From: an uncultured Clostridium sp.
GTDB taxonomy: Bacteria; Bacillota; Clostridia; TANB77; CAG-508
Direction: 5' to 3'
NCBI GenBank assembly: GCA_900554365.1
Contig: USGY01000001.1
Coordinates: 91,214 to 155,213 of the forward strand
DNA length: 64,000 nt
Positions 9,986-21,303 of this stretch are shown in pieces. A model generated the notes under the pieces. It worked only from the letters and a program-made list of their open reading frames with translations. It was not told the DNA's origin and did not search any database. Numbering within the stretch: the first letter of the stretch is position 1; the number at the start of each line of letters is the position of its first letter. The position numbers were made by a program, and so were the translations under genes.

Positions 9986-10771
9986 ATGAAATATATAAAT
10001 AATGAAGAAAAATTAAAAAACATAAATTTTGATAAAAATAATATAAGTATAATTATGGATTTTGATGGAACAATAACAAGATATACACATGTGGATTCTT
10101 GGGATGTTGCTGGAGAAGGTTTAGGAGAAAATTTCAAAAAGGAGTTGACAGAATTATTTGAAAAATATAGGCCTATAGAAATAGATTATGAGATTTCATA
10201 TTCGGAAAAATTTAAAGCCATGGAAGAATGGTATAAATTATGTATAGATTTATATTATAAATATGGATTAACAAAAGCAAAATTAAAAGAAGCAATTTCT
10301 AATTGTGATTTACAATTTAGAGAAGGTGCTAAAGAATTTTTTGAATCTATGTATAAAAATAATATACCTGTTATAATATTATCTGCTGGAATAGGAAATG
10401 TAATAGAAGGATTTTTAAAAGAAAATAATTGCTATTCTGATAATATGAAGATAATTAGTAATTTCATTAATTTTGATAATAACGGTAATATCAATAAATT
10501 TGATGGGAAGATTATTACTTCAATGAATAAAACTCTAAAAGGGCACAAAATAGACAGTATAAAAAGCAGAAAATATAAAGTACTTTTTGGTGATTTAATT
10601 GAAGATAAAAATATGGTAGAAAAAGAAGAATGGAATGATACAATAAGTTTTGGATTTTTAGATAAAAAAGTAGAAAATTTACCGTATTATAAAAAAGCAT
10701 TTGACATAGTTTTAACTAAAGAGGATGGTAATTTTTATAAAGTAATAAATATTTTAGAAAGGAAAAAATAA
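9986..10771 (+). CDS. HAD-superfamily hydrolase (5'-nucleotidase/phosphatase-like)
   Basis: DxDxT motif (MDFDGTIT). Only a general HAD-type layout is recognisable; the specific substrate cannot be called. Confidence 0.5.
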   Translation: MKYINNEEKLKNINFDKNNISIIMDFDGTITRYTHVDSWDVAGEGLGENFKKELTELFEKYRPIEIDYEISYSEKFKAMEEWYKLCIDLYYKYGLTKAKLKEAISNCDLQFREGAKEFFESMYKNNIPVIILSAGIGNVIEGFLKENNCYSDNMKIISNFINFDNNGNINKFDGKIITSMNKTLKGHKIDSIKSRKYKVLFGDLIEDKNMVEKEEWNDTISFGFLDKKVENLPYYKKAFDIVLTKEDGNFYKVINILERKK

Positions 10772-11629
10772 ATGGAATATGATGTTATAATAGTAGGTGC
10801 TGGACCTGCAGGAATATCAGCAAGCTTATATACTAAAAGAGCAAATAAGAAAACATTAATTTTATATCAAGATTCATCAAGTTTAGAAAAAGCGACAAAA
10901 ATAGAAAATTATTATGGATTTTCTAAAGGAATATCTGGAAAAGAATTGTATGAAAATGGACTAAAGCAAGCAGAAGAACTAGGTGTAGAATTAAAAAAAG
11001 AAGAAGTTATTAAATTGGAAAAAAATGGTGAAAATTTTTTAGTAAAAACTTCTAAAAATGAATATTATTCAAAATATGTTATACTAGCCACAGGAAATAA
11101 AAAAAATAAACCTAAAATAAAAGGAATAGATAAATTTGAAGGACGAGGTATAAGTTATTGTGCAATTTGTGATGGATTTTTCTACAGAAACAAAAATGTA
11201 GCTGTTTTAGGAAGTGGTGATTATGCTATTTCTGAAACAAATGATTTAATAAATGTTGCAAAAAATATAACAATTTTAACTAATGGACAAAAACATGTCC
11301 CAGAATTTAGAGCAGATAATGTCAAAATTGAAACAAGAGGAATAAAAGAAATTATAGGAACAGATAAAGTAGAAGAAATTAAATTTGATGATAATAAAAC
11401 TATGCAAACTGATGGGATTTTTGTGGCTCAAGGTGTTGCTGGAAGTGCAGACTTTGCAAAAAAATTAGGAGCATTAACAAAAAATGATAAAATTGTTGTT
11501 AATGAAAAGATGCAAACCAATATTGCTGGATTATATGCATGTGGAGATTGTATAGATGGAGTATTGCAAGTTTCTAAAGCTGTTTATGATGGAATGATAG
11601 CTGCTTTAGACATTATATCTAAAAAATAA
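10772..11629 (+). CDS. trxB: thioredoxin-disulfide reductase-like flavoprotein
   Basis: GAGPAG FAD site, redox CAICDG, second dinucleotide site GSGDYA. Confidence 0.75.
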   Translation: MEYDVIIVGAGPAGISASLYTKRANKKTLILYQDSSSLEKATKIENYYGFSKGISGKELYENGLKQAEELGVELKKEEVIKLEKNGENFLVKTSKNEYYSKYVILATGNKKNKPKIKGIDKFEGRGISYCAICDGFFYRNKNVAVLGSGDYAISETNDLINVAKNITILTNGQKHVPEFRADNVKIETRGIKEIIGTDKVEEIKFDDNKTMQTDGIFVAQGVAGSADFAKKLGALTKNDKIVVNEKMQTNIAGLYACGDCIDGVLQVSKAVYDGMIAALDIISKK

Positions 11630-11660
11630 GAACAAGTTTAAAAGCTTGTTCTTTTATTTT
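11628..11660. terminator. bidirectional terminator (trxB / rluD-like)
   Basis: AAGAACAAG / CTTGTTCTT hairpin plus T-run. Confidence 0.7.
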
Positions 11661-12534
11661 AGCTTATTAAATTTTTAAAATCTTGTGGTAATTCTGCTAT
11701 AAAGGTCATTGACTTTTTTGTTATTGGATGAATAAATTTAAGTTTATAGCTGTGTAAAGCTTGTCTATTAATTAAATCAGAAGGTTTCCCATATAATGTA
11801 TCCCCAATAAGTGGGTGACCAATATAACTAAAATGAACTCGTATTTGATGTGTTCTTCCAGTTTTTAATAAACATTTAACTAAACTATAAGATTTAAATT
11901 CATTTATAACAATATAATCTGTAATAGAGATTTGACCATTAGGATTTACACATCTTTCAATTATACTATTATCTTTTCTTGCAATAGGTAAATTAATTGT
12001 ACCTTGCTTTTCTTGTAAAAATCCGTCTATAACACAAAGATATTGCTTTTTAAATTCATTGTTTTGCATTTGTTTAATTAATTGCTCTTGAATATATTCA
12101 CATTTTGCAAAAACAACAATACCAGAAGTATTTTTATCTAATCTATTAACAGGTCTTATTTTTTTCTTTAAATTGATATTATCAAAATAATATTTTATTC
12201 CATTAGAAAGCGAAGATTCGTAATGAGAAATAGATGGGTGAATTGCCATATTAGCAGGTTTGTTTAAAATTAAAAGCCATTCATCTTCATATAAAATAGA
12301 TAAGTCCATTTTAGTAGGAATAATGTTGGAATTATCTTCCTCATGATTAAAATCTATTAATATTAAATCATTAATTTTTATAGCTTCTCTGGTATCTACT
12401 AAAATATTATTTTTATAAATTTTTTTATTTCTAATTAATTTATTTAATAAACGTGTAGAAATATTAAATTCATTAACTAGTACTTGATTAATAGTTTTAT
12501 ATTTATTATTTGTAACTTTATATTCTAATTTCAT
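11659..12534 (-). CDS. RluA-family 23S rRNA pseudouridine synthase (RluD-like)
   Basis: S4-like N-terminus and catalytic motif RLDKNTSGIVVFAK. Confidence 0.85.
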   Translation of the reverse strand: MKLEYKVTNNKYKTINQVLVNEFNISTRLLNKLIRNKKIYKNNILVDTREAIKINDLILIDFNHEEDNSNIIPTKMDLSILYEDEWLLILNKPANMAIHPSISHYESSLSNGIKYYFDNINLKKKIRPVNRLDKNTSGIVVFAKCEYIQEQLIKQMQNNEFKKQYLCVIDGFLQEKQGTINLPIARKDNSIIERCVNPNGQISITDYIVINEFKSYSLVKCLLKTGRTHQIRVHFSYIGHPLIGDTLYGKPSDLINRQALHSYKLKFIHPITKKSMTFIAELPQDFKNLIS

Positions 12535-12623
12535 TTTTTACCTCAAGCGAATTTTATCAAACTTCTTGAATAAAATCAATAAATTTGGTAAAATAGCAAG
12601 GTCAAAAGAAAGGGCTGAATAAA

Positions 12624-13301
12624 ATGAGAATACGATTTAAAAAATGGGCAAGACCTGAATTAGAAGCAAGTGAATTTTATGAAGACAATCCAGAAGAATG
12701 GAAGGGAAAATGGAAAGAACATTTTAAAAATAGTAATTTACCACTTATGCTTGAATTAGGGTGTGGAAAAGGTCAATTTATATCAAAATTAGCAGTTGAA
12801 CATCAAGAAAATAATTATTTAGCTATAGATTTAGTTGATGCTATGTTAGGACTAGCTAAAAGAAATATTGAACAAGTTTATAAAGATGAAAACAAAGAGC
12901 CAACAAATGTTATTATAACTCGTTTTGATATAGAAAGAATTTTAATGATATTAAATGAAAAAGATTGTGTAAAAAGAATTTACATAAACTTCTGCAATCC
13001 ATGGCCTAGAGGAAAACACAGAAAAAAGAGACTTACTCATACAAGACAATTAGAAAAATACAAAGAATTTTTAAGTAAAGATGGAAAAATTTATTTCAAA
13101 ACAGATGATGATGAGTTATTTGAATCAAGTTTGAAATATTTTGAAGAAAGCGGTTTTAGTATATTAAAAAAGACATATGATTTGCATAAGGAAAATATAT
13201 TTGGAGAAAATATAGAAACAGAACATGAAATAATGTTTTCAGAGCAAGGAATAAAAATAAAAGCATTAATAGCAAAGATAGGAAGTAATGCAAATGACTG
13301 A
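12624..13301 (+). CDS. trmB: tRNA (guanine46-N7)-methyltransferase
   Basis: SAM site LELGCGKGQF; TrmB-like length and layout. Confidence 0.8.
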   Translation: MRIRFKKWARPELEASEFYEDNPEEWKGKWKEHFKNSNLPLMLELGCGKGQFISKLAVEHQENNYLAIDLVDAMLGLAKRNIEQVYKDENKEPTNVIITRFDIERILMILNEKDCVKRIYINFCNPWPRGKHRKKRLTHTRQLEKYKEFLSKDGKIYFKTDDDELFESSLKYFEESGFSILKKTYDLHKENIFGENIETEHEIMFSEQGIKIKALIAKIGSNAND

Positions 13302-13809
13302 AAAGGAAGTAATAGAAAATAATGATAATAAAGAAATTGTTTTAAAAGCAGTTGCAGAAAAGGGAAAATTTTTAGATTTAGTTTCACCAAAATTACAAGA
13401 TGATAAAGAAGTAGTAATGACAGCATTAAATCAAGATGCTGAAGCATTAGAATTTGCAAGCAGTAGATTAAAGAATGATAAAGAAGTAATATTAAAAGGT
13501 GTAATGGGAGCACCTTGGACAGTTTGCTATGCTTCAGAAGATTTAAGAAAAGATAGAGAAATAATTTTAGAAAGTTGTAAAAAATATGGACAAGCTTTAT
13601 ATTTTGCTAGTGAAGATTTAAGAGATGATAGAGAAGTTGTTAAAGCTGCTGTTTCAAATAAAGGAATTATTATAAAATATGTAAGTAGTAGATTAAAAAA
13701 TGATAAAGAATTAGCAATGATTGCAGTAAAACAAAATAAACAAGCATATCATTTTATATCAGAAAATTTACAACAAGATGAAGATATAAAAGAAATAATG
13801 AATCAATAA
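13288..13809 (+). CDS. DUF4116-type repeat protein
   Basis: Repeated ~30-aa units (L..D(K/R)E(V/I)(V/I)..A). Overlaps the trmB stop. Alternative start at 13294. Confidence 0.55.
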   Translation: MQMTEKEVIENNDNKEIVLKAVAEKGKFLDLVSPKLQDDKEVVMTALNQDAEALEFASSRLKNDKEVILKGVMGAPWTVCYASEDLRKDREIILESCKKYGQALYFASEDLRDDREVVKAAVSNKGIIIKYVSSRLKNDKELAMIAVKQNKQAYHFISENLQQDEDIKEIMNQ

Positions 13810-13820
13810 TAAAAAAATAC

Positions 13821-13849
13821 TTGTACTTTTTATAAAATGCTTATATAAT
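13821..13849 (+). promoter_or_regulatory. sigma-A-type promoter for pta-ackA-ackA
   Basis: TTGTAC - 17 nt - TATAAT. Confidence 0.5.
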
Positions 13850-13878
13850 ATATCCAAATGAATTAAGGAGGAAAAAGA

Positions 13879-14901
13879 ATGCCGTTTATAGAGGCAATAA
13901 AGCAAATAGCAAAAAGTGATTTAAAAACAATAGTGCTTCCAGAGGCAGCAGACGATATTAGAACTTTGCAGGCAGCAGAAAAAGTTTTAAAAGAAAATTA
14001 TGCAAAAATTGTTTTAATTGGTAATAAAAATACAATTGAACAAAAAGCAAAACAAAACAGCATAGATATAAGCAAAGCTAAAATTGTTGACCCAGAAACT
14101 TCATTAAAAACAGAAGAATATGCAAACCTTTTATATGAACTAAGGAAAAACAAAGGAATGACAAAAGAAGAGGCCGAAAATATAGTAAAACAACCTGTGT
14201 ATTTTGGAACTTTAATGATGAAAGATCCAAATAGTGAAGCAGAAGGATTAGTTTCAGGAGCTGTTCATTCAACAGCTAATACTTTAAGACCAGCTCTTCA
14301 AATTTTAAAAACAGAGCCAAATACAAAATTGATTTCAGGTTTTTTTATTATGGTAGTTCCTGATTGCAAATATGGTGAAAATGGTACATTTATTTTTGCT
14401 GATAGTGGAATAAACGAAAATCCTAACGCTGAAGAATTAGCTGAAATAGCTATATCATCAAGCAAAAGTTTTAAACAACTAACAGGAAAAGAACCTAAAG
14501 TTGCTATGCTTTCATATTCAACATATGGAAGTGCTAAATCAGAATCAACAGAAAAAGTAATCCAAGCCACAAATATTATAAGAGAAAAACAACCCGATTT
14601 GTTGGTTGATGGAGAATTGCAACTTGATGCGGCTATTATTCCGGAAATTGCAAAAATAAAAGCACCTAATAGTCCATTGAAGGGAAATGCGAATGTATTA
14701 ATATTTCCAAATTTAGATGCAGGAAATATAGGCTACAAATTAACTCAAAGATTAGGTAAGGCTGAAGCGTACGGTCCGCTTTGTCAGGGAATAGCAAGAC
14801 CAGTAAATGATTTATCACGAGGTTGTAGTAGTGAAGATATTGCAGGAGTAATTGCAATTACAGCTGTACAGGCTCAAATGAAAAATAGGGAGGAAAAATA
14901 A
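13879..14901 (+). CDS. pta: phosphate acetyltransferase
   Basis: 340-aa PTA_PTB-family protein (short Pta form) directly upstream of the acetate kinases. RBS AGGAGG. Confidence 0.9.
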   Translation: MPFIEAIKQIAKSDLKTIVLPEAADDIRTLQAAEKVLKENYAKIVLIGNKNTIEQKAKQNSIDISKAKIVDPETSLKTEEYANLLYELRKNKGMTKEEAENIVKQPVYFGTLMMKDPNSEAEGLVSGAVHSTANTLRPALQILKTEPNTKLISGFFIMVVPDCKYGENGTFIFADSGINENPNAEELAEIAISSSKSFKQLTGKEPKVAMLSYSTYGSAKSESTEKVIQATNIIREKQPDLLVDGELQLDAAIIPEIAKIKAPNSPLKGNANVLIFPNLDAGNIGYKLTQRLGKAEAYGPLCQGIARPVNDLSRGCSSEDIAGVIAITAVQAQMKNREEK

Positions 14902-14903
14902 TT

Positions 14904-16106
14904 ATGAAAATTTTAGTATTAAATTCAGGAAGTTCATCATTAAAATATCAAGTTATAGATATGGACACAGAAAAAGATTTAGGAAAAGGAAATTTTGAAA
15001 GAATAGGACAACCTAATTCTTTTCTAACACATAAAGCTCATGGAGAAAAATATAAATTTGAAATTCCAGTAAAAAATCATGAAGAAGCAATTAGAGTAGT
15101 TTTAGAAAAACTTACAGACAAAGAATGCGGAGTTATGAAAAGCTTAGATGAATTAATGGGAATAGGACATAGAGTTGTACATGGTGGAGAAAAATTCACA
15201 GAACCAGTAGTTATAACAGATGAAGTTATAAAAGAAATTAGAGATTGCAGTGATTTAGCACCATTACATAATCCTGCAGCAGCATTAGGAATGGAAGCTT
15301 GCAAAAAAATAGTACCTAATATCAAAATGGTAGCAGTATTTGATACAGCATTCCATCAAACTTTACCAAAATCAAGATATATTTACCCAATTCCATACAA
15401 ATATTACGAAAAATATGGAATCAGAAAATATGGATTCCATGGAACATCACATAAATATGTTGCATATAGAGTTGCAGAATTACTTGGAAAAGATGTTAAA
15501 GATTTAAAAATAGTAAATTGTCACTTAGGACAAGGTGGCAGTGTTTGTGCAATTCAAGATGGGAAATCAGTAGAAACAAGTATGGGATTAACACCACTTG
15601 GAGGAATTGCTATGGCAAGTAGAAGTGGAGATTTAGATCCATCAGTTGTTACATATATAATGAAAAAAGAAAATATAGATGCTAAAGAAATGGATACAAT
15701 TTTAAACAAAGAATCAGGTGCATATGGTGTATCAGGTGTATCTGTTGACTTTAGAGATATTGAAGAAGATGCTGCTAAGGGTGGAGAAAGATCACAATTA
15801 GCATTAGATATATTCCATAATACAGTTGCTTCATATGTAGCAAGATGTGTTGTTGCAATGGGAGGTATAGATGTTCTTACATTCACAGCAGGTGTTGGAG
15901 AAAGAGGACAAGACTCAAGACAAGCTATATGTGATAGATTAGCATATTTTGGAGTAGAATTAGATAAAGAAGTAAACCAAGCTACAAAAGGAACAGAAGG
16001 TATTATATCTTCTAAAAATTCAAAAATTCCTGTATATGTTATACCAACAAACGAAGAATTAATGATTGCTAGAGAGACTCAAAAGTATATTAAGGAGGAA
16101 AAATAA
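14904..16106 (+). CDS. ackA: acetate kinase, copy 1
   Basis: MKILVLNSGSSSLKY N-terminus, HRVVHGG, IPTNEELMIA; full-length AckA family. Confidence 0.9.
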   Translation: MKILVLNSGSSSLKYQVIDMDTEKDLGKGNFERIGQPNSFLTHKAHGEKYKFEIPVKNHEEAIRVVLEKLTDKECGVMKSLDELMGIGHRVVHGGEKFTEPVVITDEVIKEIRDCSDLAPLHNPAAALGMEACKKIVPNIKMVAVFDTAFHQTLPKSRYIYPIPYKYYEKYGIRKYGFHGTSHKYVAYRVAELLGKDVKDLKIVNCHLGQGGSVCAIQDGKSVETSMGLTPLGGIAMASRSGDLDPSVVTYIMKKENIDAKEMDTILNKESGAYGVSGVSVDFRDIEEDAAKGGERSQLALDIFHNTVASYVARCVVAMGGIDVLTFTAGVGERGQDSRQAICDRLAYFGVELDKEVNQATKGTEGIISSKNSKIPVYVIPTNEELMIARETQKYIKEEK

Positions 16107-16108
16107 TC

Positions 16109-17302
16109 ATGAAAATTTTAGTATTAAATTGTGGTAGTTCATCATTAAAATATCAATTAATAAACATGGAAGATGGAAGCGTATTAACTTCTGGAAAATA
16201 TGAAAGAATAGGAGAAAGTGAAGCTTTTTTAACACATAAAGCTCAAGGAAAAAAAGTAGTAATTAAAAAAGCAGCATATAATCATAAAGAAGCTATTGAA
16301 TTTGTTTTAGAACAATTTACAAATCCAGAATACAAAGTTATAGATTCATTAGATGAAATAGATGCCATAGGACATAGAGTTGTACATGGTGGAGAAATTT
16401 TCAAAGAGTCAGCTGTAATTGATGAAAAAGTTATGAACGAAATTGCTGAATGTGGAAGCTTTGCACCATTACATAATCCTGCTGCAGTATTAGGAATGAA
16501 AGCATGTCAAAATGTAATGCCAGGAAAACCAATGGTAGCAGTATTTGATACAACTTTCCATCAAACTATGAAAAAAGACAAATACATATATGCAATACCA
16601 TATAAATACTATGAAAAATTAGGAGTTAGAAGATATGGAGCTCATGGAACATCACATATGTATGTTTCAAGAAGATTAGCAGAAATATTAGGAAAAGATA
16701 TTAAAGATTTAAAAATCGTTACATGTCATTTAGGACAAGGTTCAAGTATATGTGCTGTAAAAGGTGGAAAATCTATAGATACAAGTATGGGATTAACACC
16801 TTTAGGTGGATTACCAATGGTAACAAGAAGTGGTGACTTAGATCCATCTGTATTAACATATATAATGAGAAAAGAAAATATGTCTGCACAAGAAATTGAA
16901 GATATGTTAAATAAAGAATCAGGTGCAGCTGGAATATCAGGATTAGATCCAGACTTTAGAGTAATTGGTGATGTTGCTGATGAAGGCAACGAAAGAGCAC
17001 AATTAGCTATAGAAAAATTTGAATATGCTATTGCAAACTATATTGCAAAATATGCTATGGAAATGAACGGTATTGATTATATAATATTTACTGGTGGAAT
17101 TGGTGAAAACCAAATGTATATAAGAAACAGAGTTTGCAAAAAATTAGCTTTCATGGGTATAAAAATTGATGAAGAAGCTAATAAAAAAAGCGGAACAGAG
17201 CAAGAAATTTCAACAGCTGATTCTAAGGTGAAAGTATATATAATTCCAACAAATGAGGAATTAATGATTGCTAAAGAAACAGAAAGATTAATAGAAAAAT
17301 AA
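16109..17302 (+). CDS. acetate/propionate kinase family, tandem paralogue (copy 2)
   Basis: Same motifs as copy 1 (MKILVLNCGSSSLKY, HRVVHGG, IPTNEELMIA) and collinear with it over its full length. Confidence 0.85.
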   Translation: MKILVLNCGSSSLKYQLINMEDGSVLTSGKYERIGESEAFLTHKAQGKKVVIKKAAYNHKEAIEFVLEQFTNPEYKVIDSLDEIDAIGHRVVHGGEIFKESAVIDEKVMNEIAECGSFAPLHNPAAVLGMKACQNVMPGKPMVAVFDTTFHQTMKKDKYIYAIPYKYYEKLGVRRYGAHGTSHMYVSRRLAEILGKDIKDLKIVTCHLGQGSSICAVKGGKSIDTSMGLTPLGGLPMVTRSGDLDPSVLTYIMRKENMSAQEIEDMLNKESGAAGISGLDPDFRVIGDVADEGNERAQLAIEKFEYAIANYIAKYAMEMNGIDYIIFTGGIGENQMYIRNRVCKKLAFMGIKIDEEANKKSGTEQEISTADSKVKVYIIPTNEELMIAKETERLIEK

Positions 17303-17311
17303 AGAAAAGTC

Positions 17312-17339
17312 TTGCAAATAAAAAAAATGGTGGTATAAT
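17312..17339 (+). promoter_or_regulatory. promoter of the ileS leader
   Basis: TTGCAA - 16 nt - TATAAT with an extended -10 (TGgTATAAT). Confidence 0.55.
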
Positions 17340-17344
17340 AATAT

Positions 17345-17606
17345 TTGTAAATAAGAAAAAGAAGTTAACAAAGACAAGATAAATAGTGTAATATCTTAAA
17401 GAGAGCCAATGTTAGGTGTGAGTTTGGTAAGTAAAAATTATTTATTATCACTTTTGTTTTTACTAAACTGAAATTAGTAAGTTAGTCGTAAATCTGCGTT
17501 AAAGATAATAATTAAGAGAACAAATTTATCAATTTGTTAACTTAGGTGGTACCGCGGAAATATAAGCCTTTTCGTCCTAATTTATAGGACAAAAAGGCTT
17601 TTTTTG
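17345..17606 (+). promoter_or_regulatory. T-box leader (Ile)
   Basis: Conserved T-box AGGTGGTACCGCG at 17544-17556, AGAGA-type stem I element near 17399-17420, candidate AUC specifier at 17447-17449, and terminator hairpin 17564-17600 plus U-run. Confidence 0.85.
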
Positions 17607-17650
17607 AATTTGAAAAAAGAATTATATTAAGTGAGAAAGGAAGGATTTTT

Positions 17651-20600
17651 ATGTACAAAAAAGTTGAATTAAAAGATGGCTTCGTTGGAATGGAACGTAA
17701 AGTCGCTGAATACTGGAAAGAAAATAACATAATAAAAAAGAATTTTAATATGAATGAAGGAAAAAGATACTTTACTTTTTATGATGGACCTCCAACAGCT
17801 AATGGAAAACCACATGTTGGTCACATTGAAACAAGAGTTATGAAAGATATTATCCCAAGATACAAAGTAATGAAAGGATACAAAGTTATTCGTAAAGCAG
17901 GATGGGATACACATGGTTTACCAGTTGAACTTGAAATAGAAAAAAGTTTAGGTATTTCTGGAAAAGAACAAATCGAAGAATATGGAGTAGAAAAATTCGT
18001 AAAAAAATGTAAAGAAAGTGTTTTCACATATGTTCATATGTGGGAAGAAATGACAAATAAAGCAGGATATTGGGTCGATATGGAAAATCCGTATGTAACA
18101 TATCATAATGATTATATTGAATCTGTATGGTGGGCTTTAAAGCAAATGTGGGAAAAAGGACTTTTATATGAAGGTCATAAAGTTATGCCATATTGTCCAA
18201 GATGTGGAACAGCATTATCTTCACACGAAGTTGCACAAGGATATAAAGATGTAAAAGATTTAACTTGTATAGCTAAATTTAAAGTTGTTGGAAAAGAAAA
18301 TACATATATTTTAGCATGGACAACAACACCTTGGACATTACCTTCTAACTTAGCATTATGTGTTAACAAATCATATGAATATGCAGAAGTAAAAGCTAAT
18401 ATTGGAACAGATGATGAACCAAAATATGAAAATTATATTTTAGCAAAAGATTTAATAGAATCTGTATTAAAAGAAACACCATATGAAATTGTAAAAACAT
18501 TTAAAGGTGAAGAATTATTAGGAACAAAATATGAACAATTAATGCCATTTGCTAAAGTTGAAGGAAAAGCATTTGAAGTAATTCATGGAGATTATGTAAC
18601 ATTAACAGATGGTACAGGAATAGTTCATATTGCACCAGCATATGGTGAAGATGATAGTTTAGTTGCAAAGAAAAACGGAATTGCATTTATAAACTTAGTA
18701 GATAAATCAGGAAAATTCGTAAAAGAAGTTGAACCTTGGGCTGGAAGATTTGTTAGAGATTGTAATGAAGATGTTTGCAAATGGTTAGCTGATGAAAATA
18801 AATTATTTAGCAAAGAAAAACACATGCACTCATATCCACATTGCTGGAGATGTGATACACCACTTTTATATTATCCAAAAGAAAGTTGGTTTGTTGCAAT
18901 GAGCAAATTAAGAGATGAACTTGTTGCAAATAACAATACTGTTAATTGGTATCCTGAAACAATAAAAACAGGAAGATTTGGAAAATTCTTAGAGAATGTA
19001 ATAGATTGGGGAATTTCAAGAGATAGATATTGGGGAACACCACTTCCAATTTGGACTTGTGAAAATGAAAATTGTGGACATCAAGAATGTATAGGATCTA
19101 TTGAAGAATTAAAAGAAAAAGCAATGGATTGCCCAGATGATATTGAATTACATAAACCATATATAGACAATGTTTATTTAAAATGTCCAAAATGTGGTGG
19201 CAAAATGAAAAGAGCCAAAGAAGTTATAGATTGTTGGTTTGATTCAGGTTCAATGCCTTTTGCACAATGGCATTATCCATTTGAAAATAAAGAAATGTTT
19301 AAAAACAATTTCCCAGCAGGATTTATTTCAGAGGCAGTTGATCAAACAAGAGGATGGTTTTATACATTAATGGCAATTGGAACAGCTTTATTTAATAAAT
19401 CACCATTTGAAAATTGTATAGTATTAGGACATGTTTTAGATGAACATGGACAAAAAATGTCTAAATCAAAGAAAAATGGTGTAGATCCAATGGTATTATT
19501 AGATTCAGTGGGAGCAGATGCAACTCGTTGGCACTTCTACACATGTAGTAGTCCTTGGTTACCTACAAGACTTGGAATAAAAAATGTACAAGAAACACAA
19601 AGAGGTTTCTTAAGTACATTGTGGAATGTTTATTCTTTCTATGTTTTATATGCAGAGATTGACCAATTTAATCCATTAAATTATAAAGATTTTAAAATTG
19701 AAAATATAATGGATAAATGGATAATTTCAAAATTAAATACTTTAGTAAAAGAAGTTGATGACAAATTAGCACATTATGATATAACAGGTGCAGCACTACA
19801 AATAGAAGGATTTACAGATGAGTTATCAAATTGGTATGTACGTAGAAATAGAGAAAGATTTTGGTCAGAAAATCTAACAGATGATAAAATTGGAGCATAT
19901 GTAACATTATACAAAGTTTTAACAACTTTAATAAAAGTTGCAGCACCATTTGTACCATTTATGACAGATGAAATTTATCAAAACTTAGTAGTTGGATTAG
20001 ATAAAAATGCACCAGAAAGTGTTCATTTATGTTTATGGCCAGAAGTTGATGAAAAAGCAATAAATAAAGAACTTGAAAAAGAAATGGATTTGGCTTATAA
20101 AATAGTTAAATTAGGTAGAAGCGCAAGAAATTCTGCAAATATTAAAAATAGACAACCATTATTGGAAATGTTAATTTCAATTGATACATTACCTAAATAT
20201 TATGAAAACATTGTTAAAGAAGAATTAAATGTTAAAAAAGTAGAATTAGGCGCAGAAATGAGCAAATATGTTGATTTTGAAATAAAACCAAATTTACCAG
20301 TATTAGGTAAAGAATATGGAAAATTAATACCAAAAATAAAAGCTAAATTAGCTCAAATGAATCAAATGGATTTAGCAACAAAAGTAAAAAACGGAAAGAG
20401 CGAATATATTGAAATAGATGATATTCAAATAGAATTAACTTCAGAAAATCTATTGGTTACAATGCAAGGAAAAGAAGGATTTGCGTTTAGCGGTGAAGGC
20501 GAAATTGGAGTAATATTAGAAACAAAAATAACACCTGAACTTAAAAAAGAAGGATATGTTCGTGAAGTATTGTCAAAAGTTCAAAATATGAGAAAAGACA

Positions 20601-20797
20601 AAGGATTTGAAGTTTTAGATAAAATCAATTTATATGTAGCTGGAAGCGAAGAACTAGAATCTGTTATAAAAGAAAACGAAGAATTAATAAAACATGACAC
20701 ATTGGCTAAAAAAGTTGTATATCATGAAGAAAGAGATAATTATACAGCTACAAATATAAATGGACAAAATTTAGATATTGATATTGAAAAAGTCTAA
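17651..20797 (+). CDS. ileS: isoleucine--tRNA ligase (long, type-2-like form)
   Basis: HIGH-type PHVGHIE, KMSKS, CP1 editing insertion; 1048 aa. Confidence 0.95.
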   Translation: MYKKVELKDGFVGMERKVAEYWKENNIIKKNFNMNEGKRYFTFYDGPPTANGKPHVGHIETRVMKDIIPRYKVMKGYKVIRKAGWDTHGLPVELEIEKSLGISGKEQIEEYGVEKFVKKCKESVFTYVHMWEEMTNKAGYWVDMENPYVTYHNDYIESVWWALKQMWEKGLLYEGHKVMPYCPRCGTALSSHEVAQGYKDVKDLTCIAKFKVVGKENTYILAWTTTPWTLPSNLALCVNKSYEYAEVKANIGTDDEPKYENYILAKDLIESVLKETPYEIVKTFKGEELLGTKYEQLMPFAKVEGKAFEVIHGDYVTLTDGTGIVHIAPAYGEDDSLVAKKNGIAFINLVDKSGKFVKEVEPWAGRFVRDCNEDVCKWLADENKLFSKEKHMHSYPHCWRCDTPLLYYPKESWFVAMSKLRDELVANNNTVNWYPETIKTGRFGKFLENVIDWGISRDRYWGTPLPIWTCENENCGHQECIGSIEELKEKAMDCPDDIELHKPYIDNVYLKCPKCGGKMKRAKEVIDCWFDSGSMPFAQWHYPFENKEMFKNNFPAGFISEAVDQTRGWFYTLMAIGTALFNKSPFENCIVLGHVLDEHGQKMSKSKKNGVDPMVLLDSVGADATRWHFYTCSSPWLPTRLGIKNVQETQRGFLSTLWNVYSFYVLYAEIDQFNPLNYKDFKIENIMDKWIISKLNTLVKEVDDKLAHYDITGAALQIEGFTDELSNWYVRRNRERFWSENLTDDKIGAYVTLYKVLTTLIKVAAPFVPFMTDEIYQNLVVGLDKNAPESVHLCLWPEVDEKAINKELEKEMDLAYKIVKLGRSARNSANIKNRQPLLEMLISIDTLPKYYENIVKEELNVKKVELGAEMSKYVDFEIKPNLPVLGKEYGKLIPKIKAKLAQMNQMDLATKVKNGKSEYIEIDDIQIELTSENLLVTMQGKEGFAFSGEGEIGVILETKITPELKKEGYVREVLSKVQNMRKDKGFEVLDKINLYVAGSEELESVIKENEELIKHDTLAKKVVYHEERDNYTATNINGQNLDIDIEKV

Positions 20798-20803
20798 AAA
20801 AAA

Positions 20804-20836
20804 AGAAGCACTATTTTTATAAGTGCTTCTTTTTTA
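20804..20836 (+). terminator. ileS terminator
   Basis: AGAAGCACT / AGTGCTTCT hairpin plus T-run. Confidence 0.75.
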
Positions 20837-20928
20837 TTGAAAAAATATTTAGTTTATGATATTATTTATTCAAAAAAACCAAAAGTAAAAATTAATTTAT
20901 AAAGTTAAAACAAAAAGGAGTGATATAT

Positions 20929-21276
20929 ATGAATCTAGAAAATCTAGGAGAAAAATTACTAAATGGAATATCTAAAACAATGGGGAAAAATAAAAATATA
21001 GAAGCTGATAATGGAATAAATGAAAATGAAATAGAATTAGCACAAAAATTAGGTGCAATAGAAGAATTTACTATAGACAGAATTGAAGATAATATAGCTG
21101 TTTTAGAAAATAGAGAAACAAAGGAAATAGTAAATGTAGATATTTCTAAATTACCACAGAATATAAATGAGGGGGAGATTTTAAATAAAATAAACGGCAA
21201 ATATATATTAGATAAAGACAAAACAGAAGAAGTATCAAATCGAATAAAAAATAAAATGAATAATTTATGGGAGTAA
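20929..21276 (+). CDS. DUF3006-like small protein
   Basis: Small acidic protein immediately upstream of a ComEC-type MBL protein, a recurrent pairing. ATG 20929 follows AAGGAG. Confidence 0.5.
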   Translation: MNLENLGEKLLNGISKTMGKNKNIEADNGINENEIELAQKLGAIEEFTIDRIEDNIAVLENRETKEIVNVDISKLPQNINEGEILNKINGKYILDKDKTEEVSNRIKNKMNNLWE

Positions 21277-21303
21277 TAATTTTATAAAAAGTAGGGGGAA
21301 CAA

